Of a DNA stretch of 64,000 nucleotides, positions 37,257 through 51,169 are shown in pieces; the first letter of the stretch is position 1, and each line of letters begins with the position of its first letter. The translations under genes and the position numbers were made by a program. The notes beneath the pieces are model-generated. The model was not told the origin of the DNA, did no database searches, and saw nothing but the letters and a program-made list of their open reading frames with translations. This DNA comes from Paraspadella gotoi (Eukaryota; Animalia; Chaetognatha): positions 5,384,578 through 5,448,577 of the forward strand of contig CM119267.1 of NCBI GenBank assembly GCA_051294375.1. The letters run 5' to 3'.

Positions 37257-40200
37257 CTAAACACTTGATTTAATGGCGGAAAGAGTTTTCAGTGTTTCCC
37301 CGATCACGGACGAAGTATCCTTTTTCGTGGTGACGCCGACGTCGAACGTGGCGCCGAGGATTTCGGCGGCTCGCGTTTGGCACGCGAGCGCATAGTCGGG
37401 CACATGTTTGAGGGCGGACTCGACGACGTCAGCGTTGTCGCTCTCGAGACAGCGGAGAAAGGTGGTCACGCAGGAGGAGGAGGAATCGGGGTGTTCCTGG
37501 AATTCAAATGAGAAGAGTAGAATAATGCAAAAATAATTAAAGAATGAAGTTAAAATAGAAGGGTCAATTCAGAGAGTAAACGAAATTAAGTTTAAAAGAA
37601 CCAAAAATATTCTTACAAAAAATCATTAGTTAAACTTCGTTACAATATTTCGGCGAAAATAATAATAATTTAGTTTATTCTAAACCGTTTCTATAGATTC
37701 GTTCCGATACCTGCAAATACCGTAGCAACAAAGCATGAGCGAGCGATCGACAGGATTCGGAAGCGCTTTCCAAGATTAGCCGGTGAAGATCGTCGATCTG
37801 AAGAGGGAAAGAAAGGAATAATAAGAATCATTTCGTCAGCATCTTTTTTAAAATTTTTATTTTAAATAAAATAAATAAATAAACTCACAAAGAACTCGAG
37901 AATTTCGTGTCTCTTCTTCGACGTTTCGTTCAGATCTTCCAGAACATCGAGGGCATCTTCATCAGAAACGCCCCTGGCAATTCGTCTCAAAAATGGCGCC
38001 AATTGAGGAAGGCTGTGAAGTGCGAAAGTAAAACTTAGTCTCAACTCATTTAAATTCAATCTTATTTAAGCAATGAAAACAAAATTTAAATAAATTTATA
38101 ATTGATTTATTAAATAAATAAAAAATAAGAATCCATACCTAAATTTAACGTCGGGTTCAACGTCGCCGACTTCCCGCTTGGTCGTCTCGGTAGCAACGTC
38201 GTCCGACGGCGCCGCTTGAGAAGCGGCGGTGATCATGCTCATCAGGCTGGCGAGGTGTGGCATGTCGGCCTTTTGATGGTTTAGCGCCTGAAACGTGGTC
38301 TGATTGACGAGGAGCAGGCCCGTCGAGGACTTGGCCTGCTCCGGCGCGTGTTGGATGAAGCGATGACAAAAGGTCACCGTCTTGCCCGCCAAAGCCGCCA
38401 GCTGTCTGTCCTCCGAAATGAGGTGCGTCTCGAAGACTTCGAGGACGGCGTCGAGACAGGATTTTAGCGTCGGAGCGAATTCCGCGTCAAAAACTAACGG
38501 CTGCACGAGCTCTAGCACGCCAATGGCCGAGGCCATAAACTTAAGATGGTGTCGAGTAATGAGCTCGCGCAGCGTAAAATTCGATCGCCCTCGCAAGTGC
38601 GTGGCAAGAAGAGGGAGTTGGCGCAGAATAAGCAGCGGGTGAGCGGCGGCGATTTGACGCAGAGCGCCGCAGGATTCCTCCAACGTCTTGGCGCCCTTGG
38701 CGCCGATTTCGGCCGAAGCCATCGTGGTGAGCAAAAGATGAGTGGTGATGTCGAGTTGGGAAAAGGAGTTCATCAATGCTTTGGTCCGCTCGTGCTTTCC
38801 CTTTGCTACGTCCCCTCTATTCGCCTCATCCTCCTCCTTGTCCTCCGCTCCCATATCGACCATGTTGAGTTTCTCCAAAACCTTCTTGGTGTGCGGCACG
38901 ACCGATGATATTTGCGGGTTTTTGAAATAAAACTGGAGCAACAATTGAGGTCGCAACCAAGGGGGTTCGTCGGGTTTTTCTCGGGAACCGGCGACGGGTT
39001 CGACCTGCAGGGTTAGGGCCGCCTCCTGCAACCGTCCCCATTCCCCGGCACAACACGAATGAAGCAGCGTCAGCCGCTTCTCGATGAGCTTCAAAGCGGT
39101 TTCGGTCTCCTCGGATTTCTTCGTTAGCGCTTTGACTTCCTCGACGATCAGTTCGACGACTCTGTGAATCTGCGATCGAGACAACGCCAGCACGTCTTCT
39201 TCTTCGTGGTTCTTGGGGACCTTTCGGTCCCGGCCCTGCCACAGTTTGGGCGAATGAAGGGTGGCGTGTAGCAAATCCAACACCAACGTCGGGGATCGTA
39301 GCTTCGGACTGGACAGAACGTGAGTGATGGTTCGCCCGAGCGTTTCCCAGTTGCTTTGGTGGACCAAGAGCCCCAGGAGGTAAGGAACGAGACCGCCCTC
39401 TTGAGCCTTGCCCCTTTTGCCAGGATTACTGATCTCCAGAATCAGATCCGTCTGCTTCTCAGTTTCTAATCCAACCACTTCGGAATCTAGCAATTCCAAC
39501 CAATCGACGAGAACGCCGGGGTGACGGCGCCCCTTGTCGTCGTCGTCGTCCTCTTCCGCCGACAGCAATTTCAAGATGGAGAAAGCTTTTTCGGAAACGG
39601 ATGAAACGGAGGAGATTTTTTGTCCGAAGCTTTTCACCGAAGGTACCGAGGAATCAGAATGACTGCTCTCTGTCAATCGGGCACATCGCTTAAGAACAGC
39701 GAGAATCGGAGGATGCGGCGGATCCTTTTGATCCAACGATTCGTGAAGCCGCATCAGTCGACGAGCCACTTCGGCCAGAGAGGATGTCAGAGAGGAATTC
39801 TTCTGAGCCGCTTTTCCTAGAGTTGAAAAAACGGCCATGGGCCAAGTCGCCTTGGATGCGAGTTTGCTCCACAATTGCCCGTCCTGGTCTTTGTCCAGAG
39901 CGTTCTTAAAAAAATCGACGACGACGCCCGCTGCGCTAATGGGTTTTGACTTTGGGTCGCTGACTAAAAGATGCAACAAAGTGCGCAAGTCCGCGTTAGA
40001 GGAAGAGTTGAGCAGGGAATTCATGAGCTTGAAGATCTCCTTCTTTGTCGACGGAGTCGATGGAAAGGTTTCGAAGTAGGGGACGGTGGCACTGGCTTTC
40101 GTCGGCGTTTCCGTTTCCGTCATCTCGTCGTCATCGACCTCCCCCTCTTCCAGATCGTCCCCACCGCTAGCCCTCGACAGCTGCGCCGACTCTTCCGGCG

Positions 40201-43200
40201 TCAGCGAATCAGTGAGAAAGGTGAGAAACTCTTTGCCATCGACGGCGCCGCGTCGGTGCTGGATGCGGATCAATTGGATCAGGTATATCTTGTCTTGGAT
40301 CTCCAGAGCGTCGGGGTTCCCGCGACACTCCTTGTCTAGCGAACGCAACAACCTCGACATACACTTGACAGGGATTCCGAAGGACTGAACGAAGATGACC
40401 AGCTGCGAAGCTTCGAGATCCATGAGGGCGACCTCGACTAGTCGGTCGACCTCGGAGCGCAGCATTCGCAGCTTGATCCAATCGTATATGAGGAGGGCCT
40501 CCTCGCGGGTGTCGACGAGAAAGGCGCGAGGCAAGCGGCCGTTGTCGGGGAACCAAATCTCGAGCAGATCATGAAAAGCTTCGTCGCGCGCCGCGGCATC
40601 TGTGCCCGGAGATCCAAAGGTCAAGAGAATGATCATGGCGTGGATAACTGTGATGTGAAGACGGGCGGTTTCGCCGGAAGACCAGCGGACTTCTACCTGG
40701 TCGTTGGACCACCTGGAAGAGTCGTCGTCCTTGTCGACTTCGCGCGACTTGCGCACGAAGTCTACCATTATCGATAGCAGGTGGCGTAGCACGTGGCGGG
40801 AGATGCGGAGCGCATTGGATACGCTCGCGGACGAGGGGGACGACATCGGCGGCAGGACATGAGCGACCAGGGTGCTGCGCTCCACCAGGAACTGGGAGAG
40901 ATCGAGCACAAGGTCGTTCATGTCCTGATCGCGATACGCGTGCTCCCCGATGAAGATAAGATAGGCGGAAATTGCGCGAGGGTCCGTTTCAATCTGGCAC
41001 GCTTTGCGAAGAGCCTTGCACACCTAGTAGTATAAGCATACATTGTAGATTGTTTATCTCATAAATGGACAGATCGGATTTTACTTAAGGCTAAATACAT
41101 TATTACATATTAATTAATTAATTAAGAATTAATCACTAAGATTTTCATTCATCAACGATGAAAGGTAAAGTTCTCTTTCAATTTCCCCTTAACTTCAAAT
41201 TACTTGCGGCAGAATGGCGTGAAACAGCGGCAACGTTGGAAGATTCTTTAGCAGCCATCCGTGAGGTTCCATCAACGGTTCCAAAAACGGCAGATTCCTC
41301 AACGCTGCCGACGGCGGCAACCCTTCTCCGTCGACGTCCATGTCCTCTTCGTCTTCGGCTTCACCTTTGGCGCTCGGCTCCAAGATCATCGTCAGCCCCT
41401 TGATGGCCAAGACGCGTTGGTGCGCTTGAGGCGACGATAAGCGCTTGAGAAAATATTCCATCACCTCCTCCACCGTGAGGGGGCTGCTCTCGCGGTTCCG
41501 TAAGAGAGACTGCAGACGTTGCAGAAGTTGGGCCTGAGAAAAGTTTTGAAAACGGCGTGCTACTCGGGAGTAAAGGTAAATCATAGGGATTAAAACTCTT
41601 CACCTGCTTCTTGAGCTTTTTAATGTTTTTAGAGGACTGCTTGGAGTCAGCACGAGTCCCCGGAGATGACATATCCGTCGAAACATCGTGCAATAAAAAT
41701 TCGCAGAGACACTGAATGGGCAGAACGTCCAGGGAACCCTCGGATGATTCAACCAAATCTGCTAGCCATGGCATGGATTGCGAAGTTCTGAAATGATAAT
41801 AAGAAGCAAAAATGTTCAAAACTAGGAATTTGAAACGAATCAAAGTAAACAAAATTCACGCACCCTTGTCGCTGAATGATGTCCAGAAGAAAATCCGGCT
41901 GCCGACTGCGGCACAACAACTGACCCAGCTTGAGTGATTGTGTAGTTTGTTGAAGGTCGTGCAAAACCGGTTGAGGAGGACGACGGGCAATTCCTAAACA
42001 CAGGTTTTCCCAGATTGTTATAACTTGCAATTTATTAATCTAATAAATAATTTGTCGTTGAGAATCATTTTAGTTTGGTTCGTTTATTAATAAATCACCT
42101 TTGGGATCGAGGGTTATCAGTTGACTCAACAATAAACTGTTGGTTTCGGTGATGTCATTTTTGGCCAAGTATCCCTCGTAGACCAGAATCTCTTGTTTCT
42201 CCAATTGCGACAACTGAAGCTCACGACTTCGAATCTGATCCTGCGAAGTTTAAAACGAAATCGATAAAGAGTATTATTTGCAGAAAAATGACGGGACCTA
42301 AAATCGGACAAACCTGAACGTTTCCTCCTTCGGCGGTTTGACTCTCCAGTCCAAACGTCGGTGGCGGAAAGTTGAATTGCGACGTCATAACCATCTCCAT
42401 GAGGCAACGAAGCATTTGGTATTGATTCCAGGCGGCGTCGCCGAATGTGTCGGTATTGAAGGCGGAAATTATCAAAAGAATATTCCACGCCTTATATGAT
42501 ATAGAATTGGGTTAAAATCAGGATAAACCCATTGTTTAAACAAAACAAAAAAGAGTAATTGCAAGTTGCAACTTTTAACTCACCTTCCAATACAGATTTG
42601 AAATCGCCAAAACTGGCGGAGTGTAACCCTTGGGCAGATGACTCGTTTCCGGATGCTGTAATAAATAAAGCAATAAAAATTGTTGCAAAATTTCAACCGA
42701 GTAAATCGCACCTAGCTTTCCCCATTACGCACCTGATACGAACACAGATTCAAGATCGTGTCAAAGAGACTGAGCCTTTCCATCTTGAGAACGGAGGTGG
42801 TCGCAGAGGAATCGGGCTGCCCCTCCGCGTCGACGTCCATGAGAGCCACGCCCAACGCGGCGGCTCGACGAACCAATCGATCGGCCAGGTCGATGGCTTC
42901 GTTGGGATTGGGGCCGTTGGAAGAGGACGGCGCCGACGAGGAGTGGCCCAAGACGAGGACGCGCATCAAGGTGTCGTCGAGGAGGGGGACGTCAGACGCG
43001 AGGCGGATCTGCAATGAGGAAAAACGGCGGGAGGATTTAATGTTGGACCTGAACTTTTGCCAAATGTTGGATTAAAAATGTTAAAATTAAAATTAAAATG
43101 TTTGTGATTTATTAATAAAGCAGTACGTAAGATTATGATTAATTATCATTAATCATCGTTTGTTATTACTTTGCATTAAACCTTTTTCTTATACAGTACA

Positions 43201-46065
43201 CGTGACATGATTATTGATTAGTCAGTGTCTCTACAATAAATTCCGCTCATCATTAATAGGAAGATAAGCAATGTATGAGCGTCGCGCTTTTCGTCATGTA
43301 CCATGAAAGTCCTGTCGTTTTCCGGCGGCCAATTATCCTTGTTGCAGTAGTGCTCGTGGGATTCCAAGAAGAGAAGTTTATGGAGTAGATGGACGAGATC
43401 CTTTTTCTCCAAATCAATCATTTTGGGGACTATTGTGTGTAACCACCTTCGAAATAAATGTAACCAACATTGAAAACGTAATATGTACGTATTAAAGTTT
43501 TAAGATAATATTCTTATCTCTCCTCACCAAACGCTATCTCGATGAATGACGGCGATTTGATTCTGGTAGGCCCTCAGAGGCTCCACATCCGACCATCGGG
43601 GCTTAAGTTCTAAATGTCGCTGAGAAGCGACCTTGGCCATCTCGGCAGCAGCCTCTCTCACAGCTGGCGTGATGCCGAGCAGCGAGGCGAGCGTGACCAG
43701 ATCCGCAACGGAGTGAACGAAGCGCAGACGAAGGGCGTGGTCGGCGTCAATGAACGTCTCAGCTTCGGACTTGTCAGCCATTAAACCGCGGCAGAAGAAG
43801 ATGAAGGCGAGATCGTGGCGAAGCGTGCGCACGATCTCTCGGAGGAGGCCTCGGAGGTTGCGGAGGTAGTCCTGGAAAAAAAATGATGAGTATGAATTAT
43901 TATTTTCGCGAAAAAAAGGAGGTGAACGACTTACCGCATCCTTCAGCAGCAAATCTTGAAAAATCTCCGCCAAGGTTTCGGCTGCGGCTTCGCCCGAGTG
44001 TTGAAAAATGGCGGCGATGATAACCATGTTGTTGGGGTTGCGTGCCGCCGACAACTCGTTGAAGATGGTGTGTTTCAGAAGGGTACGGAGATTTTCCGGG
44101 TGCTGAGCGAGCAGTTCTTTAATGGCTGTCAAATTAAAACAATGTAAATTAAAGTTCCCCTTACACAATTTTGACACAGAATTAATCACCCGTCGTGAAA
44201 TGAGTGATGAGCGGCTTGGATTTGACGCGCATTTTCGTCAAAGCGCTCATGACTTCGATGTCGTGACGCGAATGATGTCTCGAATTGACGCAGATCGCCA
44301 TTAAAAGATCTTGCGCCACTCGTCCCAGTTTCGGATTCTACAGTAAACGTAAACATGGGAAAAACAAATTGAACAAAACGTTATTTACGATTTTCAAATA
44401 AATTTACCTGCAGCCATATTTCCAGTTTCTGCAGCGCCAATGACCTCACTTCACCGATTCCAGAAACCGATATCAAAAATTTCAGCAGATTTCTGCGGAG
44501 AAATTTGTTAATGAAGTTTGATCATGAAAAGCATGCTTAGAAAAATAAGCCGAGAATTACCTTGACCCCGAATCCATGGGTTGGCCTCTTTTATTAAGCT
44601 GTTCTCTTACGATGGTAACAACATTCTCTTGTAGTTCATCCAATAACGGATCGTACCTGACACGATAAATTTAAAATGCTTATTTCACTTTTCAAATTGA
44701 CATAAAACGACGCGGATTGGAAACCTGGGGGCAACGATTCCGCTTCGCTCGCCGCCAGGTGTCGATTCTCTACTGTGTCTCGTCTCTGCGGTTTCATCGG
44801 TGTCGGCGTCCGCTTGCGACGACTGTGGCGCCGGACTGGCGTGGCGCGAACCACCTCCAGCGGCATCAGCGCCGCCGCCTTTGGCGCCGAGCGGATCCAG
44901 AGAAGAGAGCAAAGATCTGGAGGGCATCTTCGTTCCGAAGGCGGTGAGGATGCCGTCGACGAAGAACTTGCAGTCCTCGTGATCGGCCCACATTCTCTCG
45001 CCAAGCGAGTCTTCGATGTAAAGTCTGACGAACTGTTCAGGCCAGACGTTTTCATTTGCGTAGGCGGCGCCGAACATGTTGCAAACAAGGACGGGAACGG
45101 TAGGATTGCCTTTCGCTTTGAAGTTTATCGCCGCGTCGCGTTTCAAAAGGCTAAGGGAAGAAATCAGGATATTAGAAGATATTCTTTAATCTTAATCATA
45201 ATTCTTTAATTACTCAGCCCTACCTGCAAAATGCTTGAAACGTGGTTTCGCGGCTTTCGGAAAAAATGTGCGACCTTTTCTTAGCCAAATACATTAATGA
45301 GAGAACTAACACCTGTACGTAAGAAAAAATTGAAATATGACAGCTCGTATGACGAATATAAATACGCCGTTTGATTGATTTTTTTACTTTTTTGACTTGA
45401 CCTGATCTGGCTTTGCGCGATGAGCTCTTAAATGCTTAACAGCGCCACAAAGAAGCCCTTCCAACAGTTCGTCGTCAGCTTAAATAAAAAAAGGGGGTAA
45501 AAAAAAAAAAAAGAAAATTAAATTAGAATTCGACGAAACAAAAATTAATATGTCAAACATTTTCAGACTTGTCCAAACCTGACTTTTCTGCATCCTGAAC
45601 GGATGCGAGAAATTCGGCGGGTTCGATGTCGATGGCGAGATTGTCGATCTGTGACGTGGTCGTCACCACGCTGGACCCACCCCGACTACCAGCGGCGTCG
45701 GAGAAGGGAGAAGGTCGCCCGAGCGGGGTCGGAGTGAAAGGGATATTGCCCGTCTTAAAAATTTGGATTGGATTCATTTATTGATTTAAATTTTCCCAAC
45801 TTATCTATTTCTTTATTTCCCCTCTCGGCGCATCGCCCTCGAAACGAATTTTATATATTTTAATTCTTACCCTGGGTCGCTTTGCCGCCGACGGTCCGCT
45901 CAACCCGACGGGAGCCGCTGTCGAGGAAGGCGCCGCCTTTTTACTCCCGGCGCCACCGCCGGCGCCAGTTTTGGGCTTTTCCGCGCCGCCCAAGGTGATG
46001 AGGTCGCCGGGTGGAGGATGGCTCGCTTTCTTCGGCCGACTTCGACCCGGGGGAGCCTTGCTCAT
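37257..46065 (-). CDS. INTS1: Integrator complex subunit 1, ~21 exons
   Basis: HPPPGDLITLG; WPEQFVRLYIEDSLGERMWAD; FNELSAARNPNN; YCNKDNWPPENDR; MPWLADLVESSEGSLDVLPIQCLCEFL; FVQSFGIPV; HPLLILRQLP. All traced introns are GT-AG. Confidence 0.95.
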
Positions 46066-46108
46066 TTTCGACGCTGGGCCTAATTGTTTCTCTCAACTTA
46101 AAGACACC

Positions 46109-46418
46109 TTAGGCGGAGGGGCCTTTGCCACCTGGCAACGCCCCTTCTTCGATCAATTCTTCGCGCTCGCGACGGAGCTCCTTTATTACGATCGCCAGCG
46201 CCTCTGGATTGACGCCCTGTTCGATGAGGCGAACGCAGATGGCGAGGGTTTCCGTGTCGAGGCCCTGCAGGGAGCCGGAAGGTTAGTGGGGTTGGATCCA
46301 GGTTGGTCGAAACGAAATGAACGAATCAATTGCTCACCGTGTTCAGCAGGTTGGAAATTTCCTGCAAAATTTCCATAGACTCCCGAGTCTGAATCAATTT
46401 TCCTTCGTGACCGGCCAT
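46109..46418 (-). CDS. MZT1: MOZART1 gamma-tubulin ring complex microprotein, 78 aa (exons 46418-46338 and 46264-46109); absent from the ORF track
   Basis: [27 protein letters not shown]|[33 protein letters not shown]... Confidence 0.93.
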
Positions 46419-47048
46419 GTCAACATTTTAAACGGAACGGGAATTTTTATACAAAATCTGAAAATTTCAAATCATGATTTTTGCGAAGTAACGAATAGGA
46501 GTCGAAAGTGAAGACTGAACATGTTAAATAATTATCGAAAGTGAATGGATAAATTAAACATTTTTTAACTAATACTAAAAAAGAGTCATTCAAAAAAAAT
46601 GAAAAAAAGAACAAACATTCATTCAAGTATATGATAAATAGTATTATATCATATGGGACTAAAGGAATAGGCATTTGGCAAGTCAGAAGGTAGAAATTCG
46701 CGAAGTAATTTTAATAATATACATTTTTAATTTAAGAATAAAAAGACTGAAACAGCATTTAATCGTTAACTAATCGGAATAGAAAAAAATCTCGTCAGTT
46801 TACAAACTCATTTTCTTGAAAATGGTCAATATTGAAGAACGGAAATACGAATTGACTACGGAATTACATATATATCCAAGTAATTCAATCGGTCTGATAG
46901 ATTTATGAATTTTAATTTAGGTGTCTAAATTAATTTTTAAAATCTTTAAAAAATCTATGACGCACTGCAATGTGCAAAATAAAGAAAAAACCGGCGAAGA
47001 TGGGATAAACCCCATCGAAAACGGGCGATTTAGTTAATTTTTTCAGCT

Positions 47049-48774
47049 TTAAATGAAGACCTGCTTGCTGGCCATGGCGTCCGTGAAGGGCTTAACGAGC
47101 AGCGAAGTTGCGAAGTTAAAGACAAGGCCGAAGGCGACGGAGATGGGCAGCGCGGGCAGAGCCTTCTTGAAGATGGCCAGCAAGAGAAGAGTAAAGCAAA
47201 GTCCGATGAGTATGGCGATGAAGCAGGCCAGCGTCGTGTTCCAGTCTCCGTAGGACGACGCCTTGCCCACTAGCACGCTGTAGAAGATAAAATCTCCGAG
47301 TCCGAGTTTCACCCCTCGCTCGTCGTCGTCGTCGTCGTCGTCGTCAATGTCATCGTTTTCTTCGCGCCCAACGCTGGGGCGAGATGTTTGCTGAACGCGA
47401 ACGGTCGGCGGGGCGGACTCAGGAGGGGATTCCTCGGGATCTAGTCCCGGTTCGTCGGGAAGGCGATCCGAGGCGGCCTGCAAGTTGCGGCGAAGACTAC
47501 CTGTCATTTGTTGGGCTCGCCACTCGGCCGTAAACCCCGCGGCGTTACCGATAATTTCCTCGGCCGAAAGAGCGGAACGATTGGCTCTTTCCAAAGTGTT
47601 GGCCGCGTCTGGCGCGGCGTCGGATGCCGCGGCCGACGTCGCCGAAGAGACGGAAGTTTCCGCGGCATCGACAGCGATGAGAGGAGCATTACCCGACTTT
47701 TTCCGGCTACCCCGCCGGCCAGTGGCACGACGCTCGGAGTCTGCCATCCCGACGAGCCACACCATCGTCGAACTGTATATGAGCGCCGGAAAAATTGGTT
47801 CGTTTCTCTCCTGCGCCGTCTCCACCAAAATCCGCAGAGGCCCCTTGGGGCATAGAACGGCGATAAGATCCCAGACGGAAATGACGCCAAGCACCACCCA
47901 GGTCGTCCAGTCGGGGAGGTACTTAATGAAGATTAGCGCCATCAGAGCCGAAATAACGATAAGGTAGGCCTGTTGGAGCATCAACGGTCCTTTCCAGTGA
48001 ATGCATATCATTCCCACGCAGCCGAAGTTCCACATGAGAAAAGCGATGGTCACGTAATCCATCGCAAGGTTGTAGGCCTTGAGAACTTCGCCGAGATAAA
48101 AGTAGGAAAAAAGGAAAAGGAGCATCAAGGAAGAGAGTATTAGCCAGCCTTGAATGAATTTATAGCAGCGCCACTTGTAAAGGAAAACCTAAATGAAATA
48201 AATATTATTTTCCCCCTTTTACGAGGTTAACTAATAGGATATTTAAATCACAAACACAATCGCAAATCCTCACCAAAAACACCGTCATGACTACGATGGC
48301 GCCGAAGAGGATCAACGCGTTGGCGAAAGCGTAACCAGCTTTGCCTACGGCCGACTCGGAGTCGCTCTCCTTAAAGGGGGTGTAGAGTAGCTGGCCACTC
48401 TTGATGGTGTAAAAGTCGACCGAGTTGATGGTGGCCACGACGACGATCATACACAGGGTGACGGGGACGAAGAGTTTGATAACATGACTAGCGCCATATT
48501 TAAGAGTCGCTTCCTCCTCTTCGTCCATCGAGTAGTCTCGATTGGGACGAGGGCGACGGACAGACGCGTCGCATTCCAGAACTTCACTCCCGCCGCGGAA
48601 GGTGGTGAGAGGCAACGATTCTGGGCCGCCCGAAGAGGAAGTTCTATGGCGGCGCTGCGTCGCGTCCGACGTGGCGCCGTAGTTTATTTGATGGGCGGAT
48701 GTTGGCGGGGAAATAGATAAGTTCAAGGAGGAATCTTGCAACGCCGCGACAGCGGCAGCGTCCTCTGAATTCAT
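47049..48774 (-). CDS. PSEN: Presenilin, 2 exons
   Basis: [19 protein letters not shown]; catalytic WDL and [15 protein letters not shown]; PALP; C-terminal QVFI. Confidence 0.97.
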
Positions 48775-48967
48775 CTTAAAAAGAAAACGTGTATATAAAA
48801 TCAACAATCTGACTAAAAATCAAAAATCCAACATTATGTAAACTGTAAAATAACAAGGCACCCAAATTATTTATTAAAAAAAAAAAAATTGCAAACAGCA
48901 GTTACCATCACATCAAAATCATGACTACCTCAAATAAAATGAAAGACAAAAAAAGTATCGATCAATG

Positions 48968-50882
48968 CTAAACAACCACTTTAAAACTATCGCTGATGGC
49001 CTGCATCCATAGAGCCACTGCATAAGCGCCGGGATCCGGGGACAAGTCCCCGCCGGTAGTAACGCGAGCGGCTCGGCCGGCCTTCGGCGTCAAGTACTGC
49101 GTGTCACTTGCTGCGACCATAGATGCGTTTGCCACCTTCTCCAATAATTTATCTGGCGCTTCGTCGGAAAACTCTCGCAAACTCGTCAAAATAGGATGTA
49201 AGGCGTCAAGCATGGTGCGATCTCCTAGCTCAGCTTTTCCGTACAAAGACACGGACTCTATCCCCTCCCGCACTGCTTCGGCCCAGGCCGCCACAGAAAC
49301 GTCTCCCTCCAAGGCTTTTGAAGCGGCGAAAAGTCCGCGACTGTAGAGCGCACCAGAGGTTCCGCCCATTGAAGCGCTGGCCAATCCCGCCAACTGAAAA
49401 AGAAGAACGGAGGGCCGGTCAAAGTCGAGATCGGGCCTTTGAGCGAGGGCGCGCGCGAACCGGGCGAGGGTGGTGCCGCAGTCCCCGTCGCCAATCTCGG
49501 AGTCCATGGCGTTTAATTCGGTCTCGTGATTGACAAGAGTCGCGCAAACGTGGCGTATCGCCTGCTGAACAACGAGACCGTCTGGCACTCGCGCTTTGTT
49601 TTCGCAAAAATCTTCGGATGTTGGATCAGCTTCGGTGATTTCCGGAGGGTCGATTAAGTGATCCTCGACAACTGGTGACGTTTTCTCCGCAGGTCTGGGC
49701 CAGGCCGGTGCCTCAGTCGGGCTGTCCAACCACTGGAGCGTTCGCTCGTCCACTCGCATGATCGTCAGAGAAACTCCAGCCATTTCCAGCGACGTGATCA
49801 GAGGGGCACAGTACAACCTCTCGATAACGACGCCCATCTCCGTCAGATAACGTACGGATTCCTTTACTACGATGTTCATCTCTAAGCCAGAAGTTCCACC
49901 CAAATTGTTGACGATAAGTGCGACGCGATCACCCGACTCCAACGAGAACCCGTCCCGAGAGCATTTTTCGGCGATGCGGTCTATCATGATCATCACGGTC
50001 ATTTTGGCGGGGGCCAAGAGCATCCGTTCCACCCCGGCCTCCCCGTGAATTCCGAGACCGAGCTCCATCTCGTCGTCGCTCAATTTGAAGTTAGGGCTGC
50101 AGCCTGGCACGGCGCTGGCAGAAAGGCTGAGGCCAACGGTTCCGAGCCCTTGCATGGCGCGTTCCAGCGTGGCGGCGATGTTGTCAAGAGACTCGCCCGC
50201 TTCGGCCATCGCGCCCGCAATTTTTGAGACGAACACGGAGCCGCAGAGACCTCGGCGGCCAACGGCCTTGTTGTCTAGTTTGGTCAGAGCGCGGTCGTCG
50301 GCGACAGTGATAATTTTTAACCTAATTCCTTCGGCTTTGGCCTAAATGGGGAAGGAAGAAAAGACATTTTACATTGCGATTTTAAAAATGTTGCCGAATA
50401 CAGATGAAATTGAAAAACAGGCACGTACCTGTTCCGCGGCATAACCGAAATTAAGGTTGTCTCCGGTATAATTTAAAACGATAAGCAAGACTCCAGCGGG
50501 ATTGTCACGACCGACGAGCCGTAGAGCCGCCAGGCAATCTTGGATCGGGGGACTAGTAAACACGGGGCCGCATACGGCGGCGGTCAGCATTCCTGTGCGA
50601 TTCGGGAGATAAAAAGGTCACGAAATTCTAGGCCAGAAATCGTTACAATCTTAAGGTACCCCCACCTGATCCTATCATGCCGCCGAAAGCAGGCTCATGG
50701 CCCGAGCCTCCACCCGACAGAACCGTCACCTCGCCGCGTTTCTTAAGCGAGACGTAGTCAGACCGAACGAGAACGCGATGACGTTTAATCAATTTTATGC
50801 CGGGATGGAGGAAGCAGAGTCCCTCCAGCGAATCGTCGACCGCCGACTCCGGAGTGTTGATCAGTTTCTTTTTTCCCGCCAT
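48968..50882 (-). CDS. TKFC: Triokinase/FMN cyclase (dihydroxyacetone kinase), 3 exons
   Basis: SGGGSGHEPA; NYTGDNLNFG; ELGLGIHGEAG; GDGDCGTT; GDRTMLDAL; PDPGA. Confidence 0.95.
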
Positions 50883-51169
50883 CCTTCCTTCCCACTATAA
50901 ACAAAAATTTTATAGGCAAGTATTTATAAAGAAACACCATTTAGTAATTTTCAAAGTATGTGCTTACAATAGAATACAAGTTTGAACTTTTAAAGTAACG
51001 CTGGTTTTCGCAATAACAATAAGAGTATGAATGGTCAAATAACTTTGAAAATAAAATTTAAAAGATGACGGTTCATTAATTATAATGATATTTAACAAGG
51101 CTAAAATATAATGTTTACATTTAATTAGAAAACAATTCAACAATTTCGGTTTCGAAGTCCAATTGCAGC

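Noticed and set aside
45971-46378. 135-aa plus-strand ORF
   Set aside because: Antisense to MZT1 and INTS1 exon 1.
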